DNA of 64,000 nucleotides from positions 44,394,001-44,458,000 of the forward strand of contig NC_045697.1 of assembly GCF_009834535.1 (NCBI RefSeq), written 5' to 3'. Within the stretch, counting starts at the first letter, position 1; each line of letters begins with the position of its first letter. The stretch is from Camelus ferus. Lineage: Eukaryota. The notes beneath the pieces were generated by a model. That model was not told the DNA's origin, searched no databases, and saw nothing but the letters and a program-made list of their open reading frames with translations. A program made the position numbers and the translations under genes. Below, piece after piece: positions 1 to 14,051 of this stretch.

Positions 1-124
1 GGAAGTAGAAATAGTAAGAGAGAAGGGAGGAAAACTGTAAACGAATTTTTATGCCTCTCGCAACTCGGCCCCTGCTGTGTCCAGGATGCTCGCCACCCCA
101 TCCCCACTTTTCCTCACTAGATCT

Positions 125-309
125 GCGATTCTCACTGTGGTCCCCAGGCCAGTAGCGTCAGCATCACCTGGGAACTAGTTAGAAATACAGATTCTCAGGC
201 CCCACCCCACGCCTACTGAATCAGACACTCGGAGGTGAGGCTGAGAAATCAGTGTTTTAATGAGCTCTCCAGGTGATTCTGATGCCTGCTAAAGTCTGAG
301 AATCCCTGT
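125..309. mobile_element. MER5A-like hAT-Charlie DNA transposon relic
   Basis: cagcatcacctgggaactagttagaaatacagattctcaggccccacccc...ccaggtgattctgatg, the recalled MER5A pattern. Confidence 0.8.
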
Positions 310-779
310 ACAGGTGGATTTCCTATTAATTCTTCATGGCCCAGCATCAGTGTTACCTCCTCCACAGAGCCCTCCCTGCTCCTTTCAGACAAAATTAATG
401 ACTTCCTCCTCTGTTTTCCCATAGCGCTTTATCCATGCCAATTATACAGCACTTACTCTATTACAGCTCACTCTTTAAGAATCCTTCCTCCCCCACAGAT
501 TATGAGGTCTAGGGTTATTATTGATCTTTATATTTCTAGCACCAGGCATGGTGCCTGGCATGAAGTAGACATGTTCCATTATCACAAATTACTTTTATTT
601 TTTCTCTTTCCGTGATCCCTTATCATTCCCTTCTTACCCTTTCTTTTTCTTCCTTCCTTTCCTTGAACTTAGCTTCTGGGTATGAATAAGTCATCAGAGT
701 GGAGATCTTACCCTTTAAAAGCAATGAACCAAAATTCAAACCTTCAGTCCCTCCCTGTCTATCAGGCAAGGTTCAAAGA

Positions 780-1485
780 GAGAAGCAGAACCACAGATAG
801 AGGGGTGTGCAGGGGTGTGCGTGTGTGTGCGTGTGTGCGATTGCTTACAAGGATTTGAACTATAGTTATATGCTGGTTAAACGGTCTGTGCCCAGCTGCT
901 GCCTTCACTGTGCTGCTGGTGGACTCTGGAGCTTGAGTCCACTTGGGCAGACATTTGGGAAGGGACGGATAGATGAAAAAGGGGTGTTAGGGGAGAGCAA
1001 AGGGAAGCTCACAGGGGAGAGCATGGGCATGAACTCAAACCCAAGGACAGACTGGAACCCGTCAATTCCACCTCCAATCTTGATGATGTGCATGTCCCAC
1101 CAGAGTTGCGAGTGCCTCCCTCATGGGGCTAAACACACTGGTGACCCCGCTGTTGGAGGCTCTGAAGGGGCATCCGGAGAAGGGGAGCAGCTGTAGGCCC
1201 AGCACTGCCCCTCACTGAAGAGGAGCCAGGAGACAAACAACTGGTGTGGGAGCCACAAAAGCGCCTGCCCCAGCCTTCTGAGTGTGGAACCAGAACGGCT
1301 CTGTGCATCTAAAATTATTCCAAATTAAATTTTTTTTTTAATGGCTGCTGCTTCACTTTCCCCTCCAAATCTCATGTGAAAATAATCCTTTTTTTGCCCC
1401 ACTCTCACCAGAAACATACTGGGAAGGAAATTTTGGAAAACTTCGTTCAGGCTAGCCGAGTTGACACATTACAAATCCACCACAA
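780..1485. mobile_element. MLT2-type (ERVL) LTR, degraded
   Basis: Terminal motif agccgagttgacacattacaaatccaccaca resembles the MLT2 end; internal (GT)n-like tract. Confidence 0.5.
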
Positions 1486-1657
1486 TATCCGTGGGTCTGA
1501 AATTTCTGAGATGTACTCTCTGAACTGAAAAGGCTGAGATATGGACAGTATTTTAAAAGAAAACCCCACTGTGGGCTGGGTGGTAAAGGAAAACGCTTAT
1601 TGGATTGGCTGGCAGTAGAACTGGTTCTAGAAAGCTGGATAAGAATTACACTGATGC

Positions 1658-1751
1658 GGGGTGGGAATAGCTCAGTGGTAGAGTACATTCTTATTAGCAT
1701 GCACAAGGTCCTGGGTTCAATCCTCAGAACTTCCATTAAAAAAAAAAAAAA
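1658..1751 (+). mobile_element. tRNA-derived camelid-type SINE (Vic-1-like), short form
   Basis: A box tagctcagtggtag, B box gggttcaatcc, poly(A) tail; aagaattac repeated on both flanks. Confidence 0.85.
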
Positions 1752-2019
1752 GAATTACTTGGGGAAAGATGAGGACATCACATTTGTTAGGAGACAAATC
1801 ATAGTTCTCAACAAAAGACCCTCAGTCGCCAGTGAAAGGCATAATTATGCTGAGTACATTATCTTTACTGAGGTTAGATAGATTTTAGAAAGATTATCAG
1901 TAAGAATTAAAAGCAAAGCCATCTGAACTTAACTAATTAGAACATCCTTCAGACATTATAGTTCACTGAGGTTTTTTTGTATTAATGAGTGTAATAAAGG
2001 ATAATAGAATTTAGTAGAA

Positions 2020-2205
2020 TGTAGTGAGCGAGACTCGGACACACCACTTACTAGCTCTGTGACCCCCTCTGTTAAGCCTTTGTATTCTCGTTCATAAACT
2101 GGAGATAATAATAAACTCTACCTCACAGAGTTGCTGTGAGGACTTGACAGAATTCATGTAAAGTACCTGGCAGAATATTAGGCACATAGTATGTTAATGG
2201 CTACC
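2020..2205. mobile_element. MIR SINE
   Basis: ccacttactagctctgtgacc...ataataataaactctacctcacagagttgctgtgagga, MIR core. Confidence 0.75.
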
Positions 2206-4994
2206 AATATCTCATCATCATCTCTGGAACGATGACAATCAGATATTGTTATTATTTCTCTAGGAAATACTTTCCAGGCAGGTTGATCCCAAAGGCTCAG
2301 TGATACCTCTGACCACTCTAAGTATGAAGCCCATTTAGCAGATAGGATCCAACATCGTTGCCAGAAGAAATTTTCTCTCATTATTTTTATCTTTTCTTTG
2401 GATTCAAATAGAGTTTCCTTTGTCTCCTCAGCTTCAACCTCCAAATGCACCCCTTCCCTTTCCTGTAAAAGTTCTCTTTCCTTTGCCTAAGAAATGGGCT
2501 TTGCAACTTTTCTCCTCTACCTGCTCTTTCAGGCCTTGGGCAAGGATGGTTGTAGAGCCCAGGGTGCAATGGCTGGCGCCCCAGCCTCCCTGCCTGTTCA
2601 CGAGGTTCACGTGGTTGGTCAGCTGGCCCACTCTCAGGTGCAAGCAGGAAGGAATGGGATGAGGTTAAAGCGATTGTGTGGCCTCCCTGTAGCAGAGGGT
2701 AGGGATGTGTTTTGTGGAGCCATGGAGAAACAGAATGATGTCTGCCCACATCTGTGGGTATCATTTTATAACCATAATCAGAAGCTGTTAAACATTTTTC
2801 TGCCTAAGAGAAAGTTCTGCATATCTCTTTATCTTTGTTAAACAATAAAAAAACAAGAAATGGAATGTTATGCTTTAATTAAAGAGCTGTCCTGGCCTCT
2901 TGCTTTATCCTGATTATCATTGAGTTTTCATAAATCTTTATCTCCTGTAAATCTTCAGGCTCATCTTCCCTCCCCACCACCCCATCGTTAATTAGATTTT
3001 CTGGTTTGTGACCACTTTAACTGGAGAAAAACCACTGGAGTAGAATTTGAAAATAATACAGTTCCTTCTGGTTTTATTACTCAATTTCAATATTGACTGC
3101 ATCCCCAGAATGTACTTTCATTTACATACTTCTCTTTTAAAACAAAATCTACAGATCCTATCAATGCAATAATTTTTTTCTTCTTTACTAAGCCCAAACT
3201 GATTTTCCTCCAATTACAAAAATTCCCTCAGTAGAATAAATTAAAGGGTTCCTAGTTATTGAAAAGTGTATTTTGCAGACCCTACCTCAGTTATGTTTTC
3301 AAGAATGAAATGCCTCAAGCATTCTTTCTACTTTAACCTCCCACCTTCAAAATATTTCTTGAATTCATCTGTTTCACGATGTCTCAACTGCTGCTGCTTT
3401 GGTTCAGGACATCAGTGTCTCTCTCCAGGAACAGTGCAAGAGCTTCCTGCTCTCCTAGTCCCAGTCCTATATTGAAATCCTCTTCATTGGTAAAACAGGT
3501 TCATAATCAAATTGTTTCCATGGTTTTGTTCAAGCCATCGCTCTGCCTAGGATGGCCTTTTAGCTTTGTCTGCCTGGTGAATTCCTTCAAGATCATCTCA
3601 AATGTCACCTCTTCTGTTCATGGCTCCCTGGATTCCTCAGTGGGATTATGCACGCCTTACTGTGGGCTTGGTAGAGCTTGTTTCTATTATGAAAGTTATT
3701 ACATTTGCATTTGTAATTATTTGTGTCCATCTCCTTCTCTAGACACCGTGAAGGCAGAATCTTTGCCTTCTTCCTAACTGTAACTTCCCCACCACCAGTA
3801 CAATACCCAACCTAGGGAAGGCACTTGGTAAATATTTGTTGAGTGAGTGAAAATGCAATCTCCCTTTTTTAGGTTGGTATGTAAATAAGGAGGAAAGACA
3901 GAGAAGACAATTACTTGGATATTTTTCTGAAGCCACTAGAGAAAGCTGCAAGTAGCTTGTTTGCCATTTGAAAGAAATGGGCTGTTCCTTCACAGCTAGA
4001 GGATGAAAGGCAGGGCTCCCAAGATACACTTTTCTCTTTTTAGAAATGTGTAGTGTCTACCCAAATGTACAATGAATGTCTTTGGAGAAAGAAAAAAATC
4101 AGAGTTTTGTTGTTGCTCATAAAAGATCAAAGAATGAAGTGGTACCTCTGAGATAATCTTAGTTTCTGCAACCCAGTTTTGAATTATGGTCATGTTTATT
4201 AGTTGTTGTTGTGTTTTAATAAAGCAGGTCATTTTGACCCTAACCCACTCTTTCCTCTCTCTCCTTTCTCATCATACAGAATGCTTCAGGACCACACAGT
4301 TGGCTCTCTGATGCCTCTCAGGGTTTTGATTTCACGCATTAAGATGCCAACTTTTATTTGCACCCCAAACAAAACTAGAAGCATCTCTTTACCTTTCTAA
4401 ATGTATCATTTGACTCATCAGGAAACAAAATTTTGCGTGCTACTGGCCCCTAACTGATTTTTGGAATATGTTCAGTGATGTTTTGTTGGCACTTACTCCC
4501 ATCATGTCAAAACTATTTCAAGTATATTCAGTGTTTTGGTTTCTCCATGTTGTTATCTTTGGTGAGTTGTGGATTTTGGTGACAAGGACAGAGCACACCC
4601 TGGCTAGCTTACCAGTCGGAACCAGAGAACTCTCAAGGCAGAGAAGTGTGATGGGAATGGCAGTCTCCTGTGGCCTTCTAGACTGTTCTCCACCTCCCAT
4701 GTCTTTATGTTTCTGGAGAATACAGAAAGCAAACATCGTACTCTAAAAGCTCAGTCTTCCCCTTATCACTAGTAAAGGAAGCCTTGGTGGCACCTCATTA
4801 CCCAAGCATGTGGTCCCCCTCAGTGCCCTCCCCAAGTGTGGGCCCACACCAGAAAAAGACAGTTTGCAAACCAGAAGCATTCAACCCAAAACATGGAATG
4901 AGTTTCAAAGGGATATTGTTATAAAGCAGCTCATATTGTGTGGAGGCAGTGGTTATTTATTCTTCAAAGTGATTGGTTACAATATTAGAATTAA

Positions 4995-5126
4995 TTTTTT
5001 TTTATTCTAGGGGGGTAATTAGGTTTATTTATTTATTTATTTTTAGAGGAGGTACTGGGGCTTGAACCCAGGACCCTGTGTGTGCTAAGCATGCACTTTA
5101 CCACTTGAGCCATACCCTTTCTCCCC
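4995..5126 (-). mobile_element. tRNA-derived camelid-type SINE, long-tail form
   Basis: Reverse complement has A and B boxes and an (aaat)n-aaacctaattacccc tail; flanked by tagaatt. Confidence 0.85.
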
Positions 5127-6499
5127 TAGAATTTTCTCAAATGAGAGGAAATTGGTTAGAGATGACCCTGTTACCAATTTGGGGGAGCAATTTAAGTCTC
5201 ACTTTTGATTTTCAGAAGCATAAACAAGAAGTGACCCAGGTCAGGTTAGCCTTGCTTGTCTTACAAAATAAGCTAAATGAAGCTTTGTTTATATAACTAA
5301 ACTGATTCTGTCAGCTCAGGGTATTTTCAAGTCTGGTCTCCATTTGTGTTTAATTCTAATGAAACTAAAAGGGGGCACTTGGGAGAGCTGGTATGTGTGT
5401 CATAGGAGACGATTCCTCCACCTCCACCCTGCCCTCCCTTCCACTTGAAGGAACTGAGTATCAATACACGATCCATCTTCCCAGGGAAGTAGTGATGGGC
5501 TGCAGAAGGGAGCTGGCACCTGAGCTGTGAAAGGGACAGTTGGGAAAACACTGCTGTAAAGAAGTGACCCAGGACGAAAGCCAAAGCATCCTCTATCTGG
5601 TGAAGGACACTTGAGCCCTTGGAGAGCCACCGGGGGGCACGAGGGCTGGGGCCAGCATATTGAGCAGCTTAGAGTTCCAGTTTCATGCCAGTCACTACTT
5701 TTCTGAGAGTTGGGAAGCATGCCAGTCTCTTAGCAGAACACTTACAAGTCGTTGTTCAGATGTGTTACTGCTCTGAATGCTTAATTTCATTGGTTAACCG
5801 TGGAGCCAACTTTGTTGGTGATTTTCCTAATTTTGCTCATAATTCTGTAGACATGCCCTTATTTATACCCTGTAGCCTTCTAAGCGCTTAAAATTAACAT
5901 GAAGTGACATCATCTGTGGGAATGAGGGGTGGAGGGTGAGAGAAAAGGTTGATGATTTATGAGGTCTGTTTCAGGAGAACCGAATGCAGTGAGAAACTGC
6001 ATTAGGTCACCTTGTACAAGATATGTGGAATGCCCACTGGCTGTGGGAGAACACGCATCAGGCAGTTAACTACATTTTATAAGTCCCTGGTCCCATTGAC
6101 TTTTATTCTGGTGATGTCATGGTTCTGAGTGTTCCAGGAGTTCGGGCTCTGAGTTGATGATTAGTTCTTCTGGCCTTGAGAGAGATGGAGGAGGCTGTAT
6201 GATCTTCTTCAGCGCCAATGTGAACTCCACAAAGCAACCTCTGGTCTCGTATATTTCATGTCGGTTTCTTTTTTTTTTTTGTCCTTCTGAAGAAGTCATC
6301 AGCATAATTTCTGAGACTATTAGAAGGGTTTTTGTACAAGGTCATACCCTGCTTCACCAAGAGAACATTAAAAGCCTATCCTACTTTCTCTTTCAGTTTC
6401 CTCACTGAATTCCTAAACAGTCATCATTAAGCTGGAATACATCTGCAGTTCTACTTTCTTTTTCTGAAGCACAAATGGCAGCCTTTTATAGTAATAAGC

Positions 6500-6725
6500 T
6501 TCCAATTATTGAGCTCTTGCCATATACTCATCAAAGAGCCTTACTTGTATTAACTCCCTTAATCCTCATGGCATACCTAGGAAGTAGGTACTATTATGAT
6601 CCCATCCTAAAGATGAGAAAATCAAGGCTTAGAGAGGTTAAGCGATCGGCACAGCACCATCCAGCAACTAAGTGGCAGAGCCTGGATTTAAAACCAGAGA
6701 CTCTGGACCCAGGACCAATGCTCAT
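6500..6725. mobile_element. MIR SINE
   Basis: cccatcctaaagatgagaaaatcaaggcttagagaggttaag, MIR core. Confidence 0.75.
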
Positions 6726-7769
6726 GGATCCAGCTCTGTTCTGTGTTCCCACTAGAACAGAGAGTGGAAGAATGATCATTTTGACCATCACTTGTGGTGT
6801 GTCACACCCACTGAGCAGCAGCCCGGTTGTCAGATGAGGGGCTTCAAGTTCAGTTTGGGGTTTAATGGTCACGAGCAGTCGCCTAGCGTTTCCTGGCCGT
6901 AGAACTCTGCCACCAGCAGCATAAGATTCTACCTGAATTTCCTTCTCAGATCCCCAGCTCTTGAACTTACTGAACTTAACCTGTCCTTCGGGGATTTCTT
7001 TTTCGCTCTGGTTTGCTTCATGTTTGTTTCAGGCCTGAGGTGTGGGCATCAGAGCCTAGCTAGCAAGAGAGCGCCAGCATCACGAGGAGTCATTGTTTTG
7101 GCACTTGGAGCTGGGACTGTGGGTCAGAAGGGGTTGTTGTGGTGATGCTATTTCAAAGCTCTGGACCAGGGACTTTCGGGCACAAGTATTTCATTTTCAG
7201 TTAGCTTGTGGTCAGACTGCTTTATGGTTTTTTTATGTGGGTTTTTTTTTTTTTTTTTGCCTCAGGGAAAGGAAAGCACGTGAGATCATGGCATACAGCA
7301 AAGAGTCTAGAAAAGATTCTTTACAACTGGTGAATCTGGCAAATTGAAAGTAATCTCTTCATTGTCATCTAGAAAATAAAATTAATAATGATAGCCAACC
7401 TTTTTTATATCTCCCAGGATTCCCTGAGTATTCCTTTGATTTCAGGTCTATAAAATATAACTAGAGCTTCAGGGAAAAAGATATGTCTGTGTGTTTGTAA
7501 AATCCTTGTAAAAATTACACATAAAAATTATATATAAAATATTGGTCATGCTAAGTGAGGGAGCCATTCCCTGGCCTTAATTCTCCCACGTACTTAGAGA
7601 AGACACATAGTCACTTGGAATTCTTGGGTTTTATCTGATTCATCAGGACAGAATTCTGTTAAATTATTATCAAGAATTCATGTACCTCTCAAGTAGCTCA
7701 TGGGCAGTGGTTTCGTCATTTTTAAAGGAAACAGTGGCAGATATCAGATATTTGGGCTGTGGTTAACAG

Positions 7770-9250
7770 AGTTTCTGAATGCATTAGCTACAGTAAAAGG
7801 TTCAGCTGCTGCAAAAAGAAACCCAACAATGTGGCTTAAAAATGAAGCTTTTTTTCCCCTTCAAGTAACAGTCCCAGGTAGGTGTCCCATATCAGTGGGA
7901 GAGAAGGGGTTTGTGACAGGCTGTGCTCAACCTCACTTCTTTCTCCTGGTCATCACCATCTCGGTCCCTGGGAGACGAGTGAGAGACGTGTGTGCTGGGC
8001 CAGGAAGTCGCACACATCTCTTCTTCCACATTCCATTGGCGAGAATTTAGTCCTGTGGCCACTCCACAGGGCAGAGGAGGCTGTGCAGCCAAATACCTAG
8101 TTATTCTCCTAACACGAAGGGAAAAGGGGACAATGGATCTTCATAGGCAACCAACAGCTTTGCCGCAGTCAGTCCCTCTGGCCGCCAGGTATCATGAACG
8201 CCTTATTTCCAACACAGAGAACCCGCTTACTTCATCCCAGGGGAGGCCAACAAGAACCCTTCTAGTAAACACACCACCTGAAAGTCCATGGTCTCTGGGT
8301 CATGCCCAGTCCTTCCCGTCAGGTTTGAGTATCGTTCCTAATGGTCTGACCGCCTGTGAACTCAAAGGCAGATTATCTCCCCTGGTAACACTCAGACCCA
8401 TACTCAGTATGCAGTAATGGAACAGGGGTTAGAAAACCACGATGAAAACTTGCACTTGAAAATGAAGAGAAAGAAATGCCCACAGCAGCCCCTGACTCAT
8501 AGCAGTGCTGGCATCCTGGGGCAGGCGGCGGGCAGGCCCCCTGCCCTGGTAGAGGACGACGGTCCCTGATTAGAACCTGGTTCTCTTCTTCAGGAGGACC
8601 CTCTTGTCCACGGCTCTGTGTGTCCCTTGTCCTTGTCTGGGGGAGGGGAGGCTCTTCTTATTCAGTTTCCCCTTTAGCCAAATTGAAGTGGGTGCTGGAG
8701 ATGTGCCCCCCCGAGAGGCTGGACCACTCTTGCCGCACACTGACTGCTGGTGCAAAGCCGGAAGTCTGAGAGTACAGGGGTCACAGGGTTTATTGGCTTG
8801 GCTGTGGTACCTTTGCAAATACAGATCCCTCTGAAACTCAGCTGGCTTCTGACCTGTTAACTTCCAGGCAGGTCACACGCCAGCAGACTCTCCCAAAGTT
8901 CTTTCCATGGCATGTGTCCTGAGCTGTATTTCTTTGTTTCCTTGCCTCCCTCACTGAATTTAATGGCAGCTCTACTGAGTCCTCTGCAACAATAGCGTTC
9001 AGAGGGAGGGCACGTGCTTTTTCTCATCTCTAATCTTGTGATGTTTGAGATATAGAAGCTGTTGGCTTTTCCAACCCGTCAACGCCTCCACATCTGTGTC
9101 TCTCTTAGCCAATCAGTCTATTCTCCACTGGGCTAGTCTCTTTCTTATAAAACCTTGATAAAAACAGCAGTAAACAACCAATTCATACTAAAATACAGGC
9201 TCTTTTCAATCATTTCTCCTAAAGTTGTAGGCTCAGTAGGAATGTGGCCT
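7770..9250. mobile_element. Old MaLR (MLT1) LTR plus probable internal-sequence fragments
   Basis: ggttcagctgctgcaaaaagaaacccaacaatgtggcttaaaa...cacattccattggcgagaatttagtc is MLT1-like; the downstream part is less certain. Confidence 0.45.
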
Positions 9251-9369
9251 GCCTGCCAAGCCAGATGCATCAGGTGACTGTTACGTTTTCTTTTTCACTT
9301 TTAAAGAATTAAGAGACTTTCTTGGCACAGGTCAGATTTTTGGAAGATATCTTTCTTGTTTCTGTTCTT

Positions 9370-10190
9370 TTTTTAAACTGTTGTGGTAAAACATCAGATG
9401 ATAAAATTGACCATTTTAAGTGTATAATTCTGTAGCATTGTGTGTTCACATTGTTTTGCAACCATCACCCTCATCCATCTCCAGAATGCATCTCATCTTG
9501 CAAAACTGAAACTCTGTAGCCATAAAAGACTAACTTCCTATCCCCTTCTTTCCTCCCGCCCCACCAGCCACCCTTCTACTTTCCCTCTCTATGAACTTGA
9601 CTACTCTGGGGACCTCATATAAGTGGAATTGTACAGTATTTGTCCTTCTCTGACTGGCTTATTCACTTAGCATTGTGTCCTCATAATGTCCATGTTGTAT
9701 CATGTGCCAGAATTTCCTTCCTCTTTAAGGCTGAATAATATTCCATTGTGTATTTACACCACATTTTGTTTGTCTATCCATTGATGGACGCTTGGGTTGC
9801 TTCTACCTTTTGGCTACCTTGAAAAATGCTGCTATGAACATGGGTGTGCAGATATCTCTCTGAGTCTCTGCTTTCAGTTCTTATGGATATATATCCAGAA
9901 ATGGTGTTATTGGATCATATGATAACTCTGTGGGTTTTTTTTTTAACATTTTGATTGATTTATAATCATTTTACAGTGTTGTGTCAAATTCCAGTGTTCA
10001 GCACAAGATAACTCTGTGTTTTTGAGGAACTACCACGCTGTTTACCACAGCAGTTGCCCAGTTTTACATTCCCAGCAACAGTGCACAAGAGTTCCAGTTT
10101 CTCTACATCTTCACCAACATTTGTTATTTTCTAGGTTTTTTGGTTTTGGATTTGATTTTAATAATAGACATCCTAATGGATGTGTTGGAG
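9370..10190 (-). mobile_element. L1MA/L1MB-type LINE-1 3' end with a nested short young L1 tail (9933-10006)
   Basis: Typical L1 3' text (ggctgaataatattccattgtg, gctgctatgaacatgggtgtgca); nested piece flanked by TSD GATAACTCTGTG. Confidence 0.85.
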
Positions 10191-12029
10191 TACCTCTTTA
10201 TTTAATGATGTGGGTTTTTTAAATTAATTTTTTACTATGGCAAATACATGTGACATAAAATTGACCATGTTAACAATTTTTAAGTTTACAGTTCAGTGGC
10301 AATTACATTCAGAATGTTGTATAATCATCTCCACTCTATTTCTAAAACTTTTTATCACCCCATGGATGAGGTTTTTAAAAATAAATTTTAGACATTATAA
10401 CAATTAATCCCCAAATACTTCAGTGTGCACCTCTAGAAAATACAGAACGTTTTCTATATAATACAATATTATTATTGTATGAGCCTTCACTCACATTCCG
10501 TTGAAGAGAACTTACATACAGGCCACACTTACTTGAAGGAAGACTGCTAATTATGGTGTAGTTGAAGAGCCACTTGCCCAGTTATAATGAAAAAGGGCAA
10601 ATGGATTTTGGTGCTATACCAGCCACAGTAATAAAGCAATAAAGACTTAACTGGTTCACATTACAAGAAGTTTGGGAGCTAACGATATTGGGAATTTAGT
10701 ACAGTATTTCAATGATGTTATCAGGAAGTCAGTTCTTTCCATCTTTTATTCTGTCATCCTCAGTATGCTGTCTTTGGGTCCTTGTGTTTGTGGTTTCATG
10801 GTTACATTATGGCTGCCATAGCGTTAGTATCATACTTTCACAACAGCATCCCAAGTGGGAAAGGAGAAAAGTGAGCAGAAAAGAGGCTTTCCATTAGCAG
10901 GGATGCAAAGCTTTCCCATTTGCAACTCAGTAGTCTTCCCCTTGCATCTCAGGTGCAAGGGAGTCTGGAAAGACACTTCTCTTAGGAAAATGAGATAGCT
11001 ATGACTGGCTTATATCCTTGGGCTGAACACACTGCTGTCCTGAGTAAAACTACATTCTGTTAGCTAAGAGAAACGATTGTTGGGTTGGCAATTATATCTG
11101 CCACATGTAGGTAATATTTTTTAATATTACTGATATAAACGGACTCTAAGGACAATCTTGGCATAGAAATGCTAAGAAGATATTGAATTGAAATACTGGA
11201 AGAAGGGACTTCCTTCTGGGATTATTCTGGGAATGGTGTGAGGACAGTATGTTCCATTGATTTCTGAGAAAAAGAATCATTTGGGCCACTAGCCTGAAAG
11301 AATCCCTGTAAGTCTCTGTCAACTGAATGAAAGTATTGATTTTAGAAATCAAGGGAACACTGAGGAAAAACCAGTCACTGCTGGTTCTACATAGAAATTA
11401 TCATGTTCTTTTGGAGATGGTAATATTTTATGGAATTCCTTTATTAATATATCGTTTCTCTCCAGTGCTCATGGAAATGATTTGGCCTAATGGTTTGAAT
11501 AGTATTATTTATTTCTGCCTGATTAGAGGAAGTCATGTGTTTTTAGGGTGACACCAGGTCACTCAAGCTATCGTGCTTTCCCAAACGTAGGATTCAGAGA
11601 AAGCAACATTTTAACCATCAGCATAATGAGTTTGTTGTACTGCAGGTCTCTCTGTGTTGACTTACATCTGAGACCCTGCAAACATTTCAGAGACAAAGCA
11701 AAATGAATAGTCCTTGTCATTACCATTTATAATTGTAAATCAATTACAAAATAAGACAAGTCCTTCACATTTGTCTATGACAGACGTAGAAAATAACTCA
11801 AGATTCCCAGAAGCTTAAAAAAAAATCAAGGATGCTGTTGGTTCATATGCACTGCAGAGTGTCTAGTGGGTGACTCGTTAATCTCTTCTGCTCCATTCCA
11901 GATGGCCTGAGAGCAGAATAAAAAATTGCTTTGGCAGAGAGCTCAATTCCTGATAAATTATAAAATCTTTAAAAAGATCACTGAAGACCTTGAGTATCAC
12001 TTGCAGTGGCATATAATTAAGATTTATTG

Positions 12030-12260
12030 AAAAGCCATCAAATGCCAGGCACTGTAATCAGTGCTTTAAATGTATTTTCAACCCTCATAAAAACCCAATG
12101 AGGTAGGTACCACTATCATTCCCATTTTACAGATGAAGAAACTGAGGCACAGAGAGGGCTTAACAGCAAAGGTCAAACAGCCACTATAGTAAGTGGCAGA
12201 GCTGGGATTCCAAGCCTGAGTAATCTGGCTCCCAAGTCCATGAACTATAACTGCCTCTCA
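12030..12260. mobile_element. MIR SINE
   Basis: cccattttacagatgaagaaactgaggcacagagagg. Confidence 0.8.
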
Positions 12261-13950
12261 CCATTACCCGAAGTTATACAAAATCCTTCTAACTCATAAC
12301 AAGCAAATCATTTCCAGGCCCCCAAAATATTATCTTAACTTTTGGGACATTTCACTTTCATAAGTGGTTTCTTACTAGTAAAATTTTAGAATCTACAAAT
12401 GAAGATGATCCAATGAGCTTTGCTTTTCCAGCTGCAGATTGGAGGAGTTTTACCGTCACCTGAAGGAGTAGGAAGTTTGTCTTTAAGGATTATCAATGGT
12501 AACAGTATGTAATATTCTTTGACTTTAGCAGCTTTCACTAGATTATTCTGTAAGAACCACTGGTTTGGAATTTGAAGATAAAAGTATGAATAATCATATG
12601 ACCTCAACTTTATCAAGACCCTCTTTTCGAATCATGTTAAAATGTAGTTGGAGGCTTAGGTGCTAAGTTAATGTGGGCTTAAGGTAACACTTTGTTTGCT
12701 TCTGTGAGATTGTAAATTTTCAAATGACCCAGTATTCTCCTGAGCATTAAAGCAAGAAGACCTACAGAGGAACAAAAATGTTGACAGCAGGAGCCACGGC
12801 GAATCTTTGATACAGTTCGTTTTCCCTCTAAGGAAGAACAAGAGCTTCAGGGAAGCAGGGAAGCAGGTCAGGATGTTCAGCCCCCACTCTGCAGTCACAC
12901 TCCTACCACAGATTCAGTGAAAGAGAGTGAACGAAGATTGCTCCAACTTTGGGAAAGCTGTTTATTGGAAGAAAAGAACAGGCGATAGAAATGTACGGAG
13001 AATCAGTGGTGCTGGCACTCCAGGAGGATTTGACCATCTGGATAACAGCTTTGCAAATCATTTGGATAAATGACACCATTTGGAGGAGAGTCTTCCCAAC
13101 TGAGTCTAAATGCCAGAACCCTTTCAAGGAGATTTATGCGATTCTGGCTCTTTTCCTCCTTTTGTCAAAAATGCATTAAGTGACGTTGTTCGAGACCTAG
13201 TTTACCATTTGGGACAGCGGAGCACTTATCCTAAGTTTTTTACTATGCGGTATTACTGGAAGACTTATAGCAATGGAGTAAATATTACACAAGATAAAAA
13301 GGAAGCATGATTCAGAAAGCAAAGATAAAACTGTACCTTAGGTGGGTGGAGTATCCTTCTGTCTCCCCCCATCTTTCTTTAAAAAGGCAAGGGAAAATGC
13401 CCCCTCCTAGCTGCTTGGTACCACGTTGATACAGCTCAGGGAAAGAGTGGAGCTTGACTTTGCTGGGAAAAGTAAGTCAAGTCTGGGTGACACCTTCTGC
13501 TGTGACTGGAAGTGATGAGCCAGTTTATCTTAGAGGTGCCTGGAAAGATGGAAGAACAAGGAAAAACTCTCAGTTTTAACTTTTAATTCTCCAATAACTG
13601 AGGCTGCGAAGAGAGTTATTTTAATAGATATATACATTTTTTCTTTGCAGAAGTACTTCCAGTCAGATATCTGAACTCATCAAGCCAGAATAGCTTATGA
13701 AACCAATCCAAATCAAACGTTCATCTCCCGGTACCTCCAGGAATCCTCCTCCAGCACAGAGAGTAGAGAGCACAGCAGTGTTTTTTTCTATTGCAGGTTC
13801 TTTGGTCACATTATAAGCTGGGTATGGGCTAAAGAAGGACAAATAGATTATTTTGGATATGAAAAGTATATATAACAGAGTCCTCTTCTTTGGCTAACAC
13901 AGTCCCACCAGGGAGGGAGGAAGAAGTAAATGGATCGAGATGTATCAGCT

Positions 13951-14051
13951 GGGGGGGTGGGGATAGTTCAAGTGGTAGAGTATTTGCTTAGCATGCATGA
14001 AGTCCCTGGTTCAATCCCTAGTACCTCCATTAAAAATTTCTTTTAAAAAAA
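13951..14051 (+). mobile_element. tRNA-derived camelid-type SINE, short form
   Basis: gatagttcaagtggtagag...ggttcaatccctagtacctccattaaaaa. Confidence 0.85.

Noticed and set aside
2178..2841. Cluster of overlapping ORFs on both strands (possible pseudogene)
   Set aside because: No recognisable protein family, consistent frame, poly(A) or TSD; a tBLASTx search would be needed to revive it.
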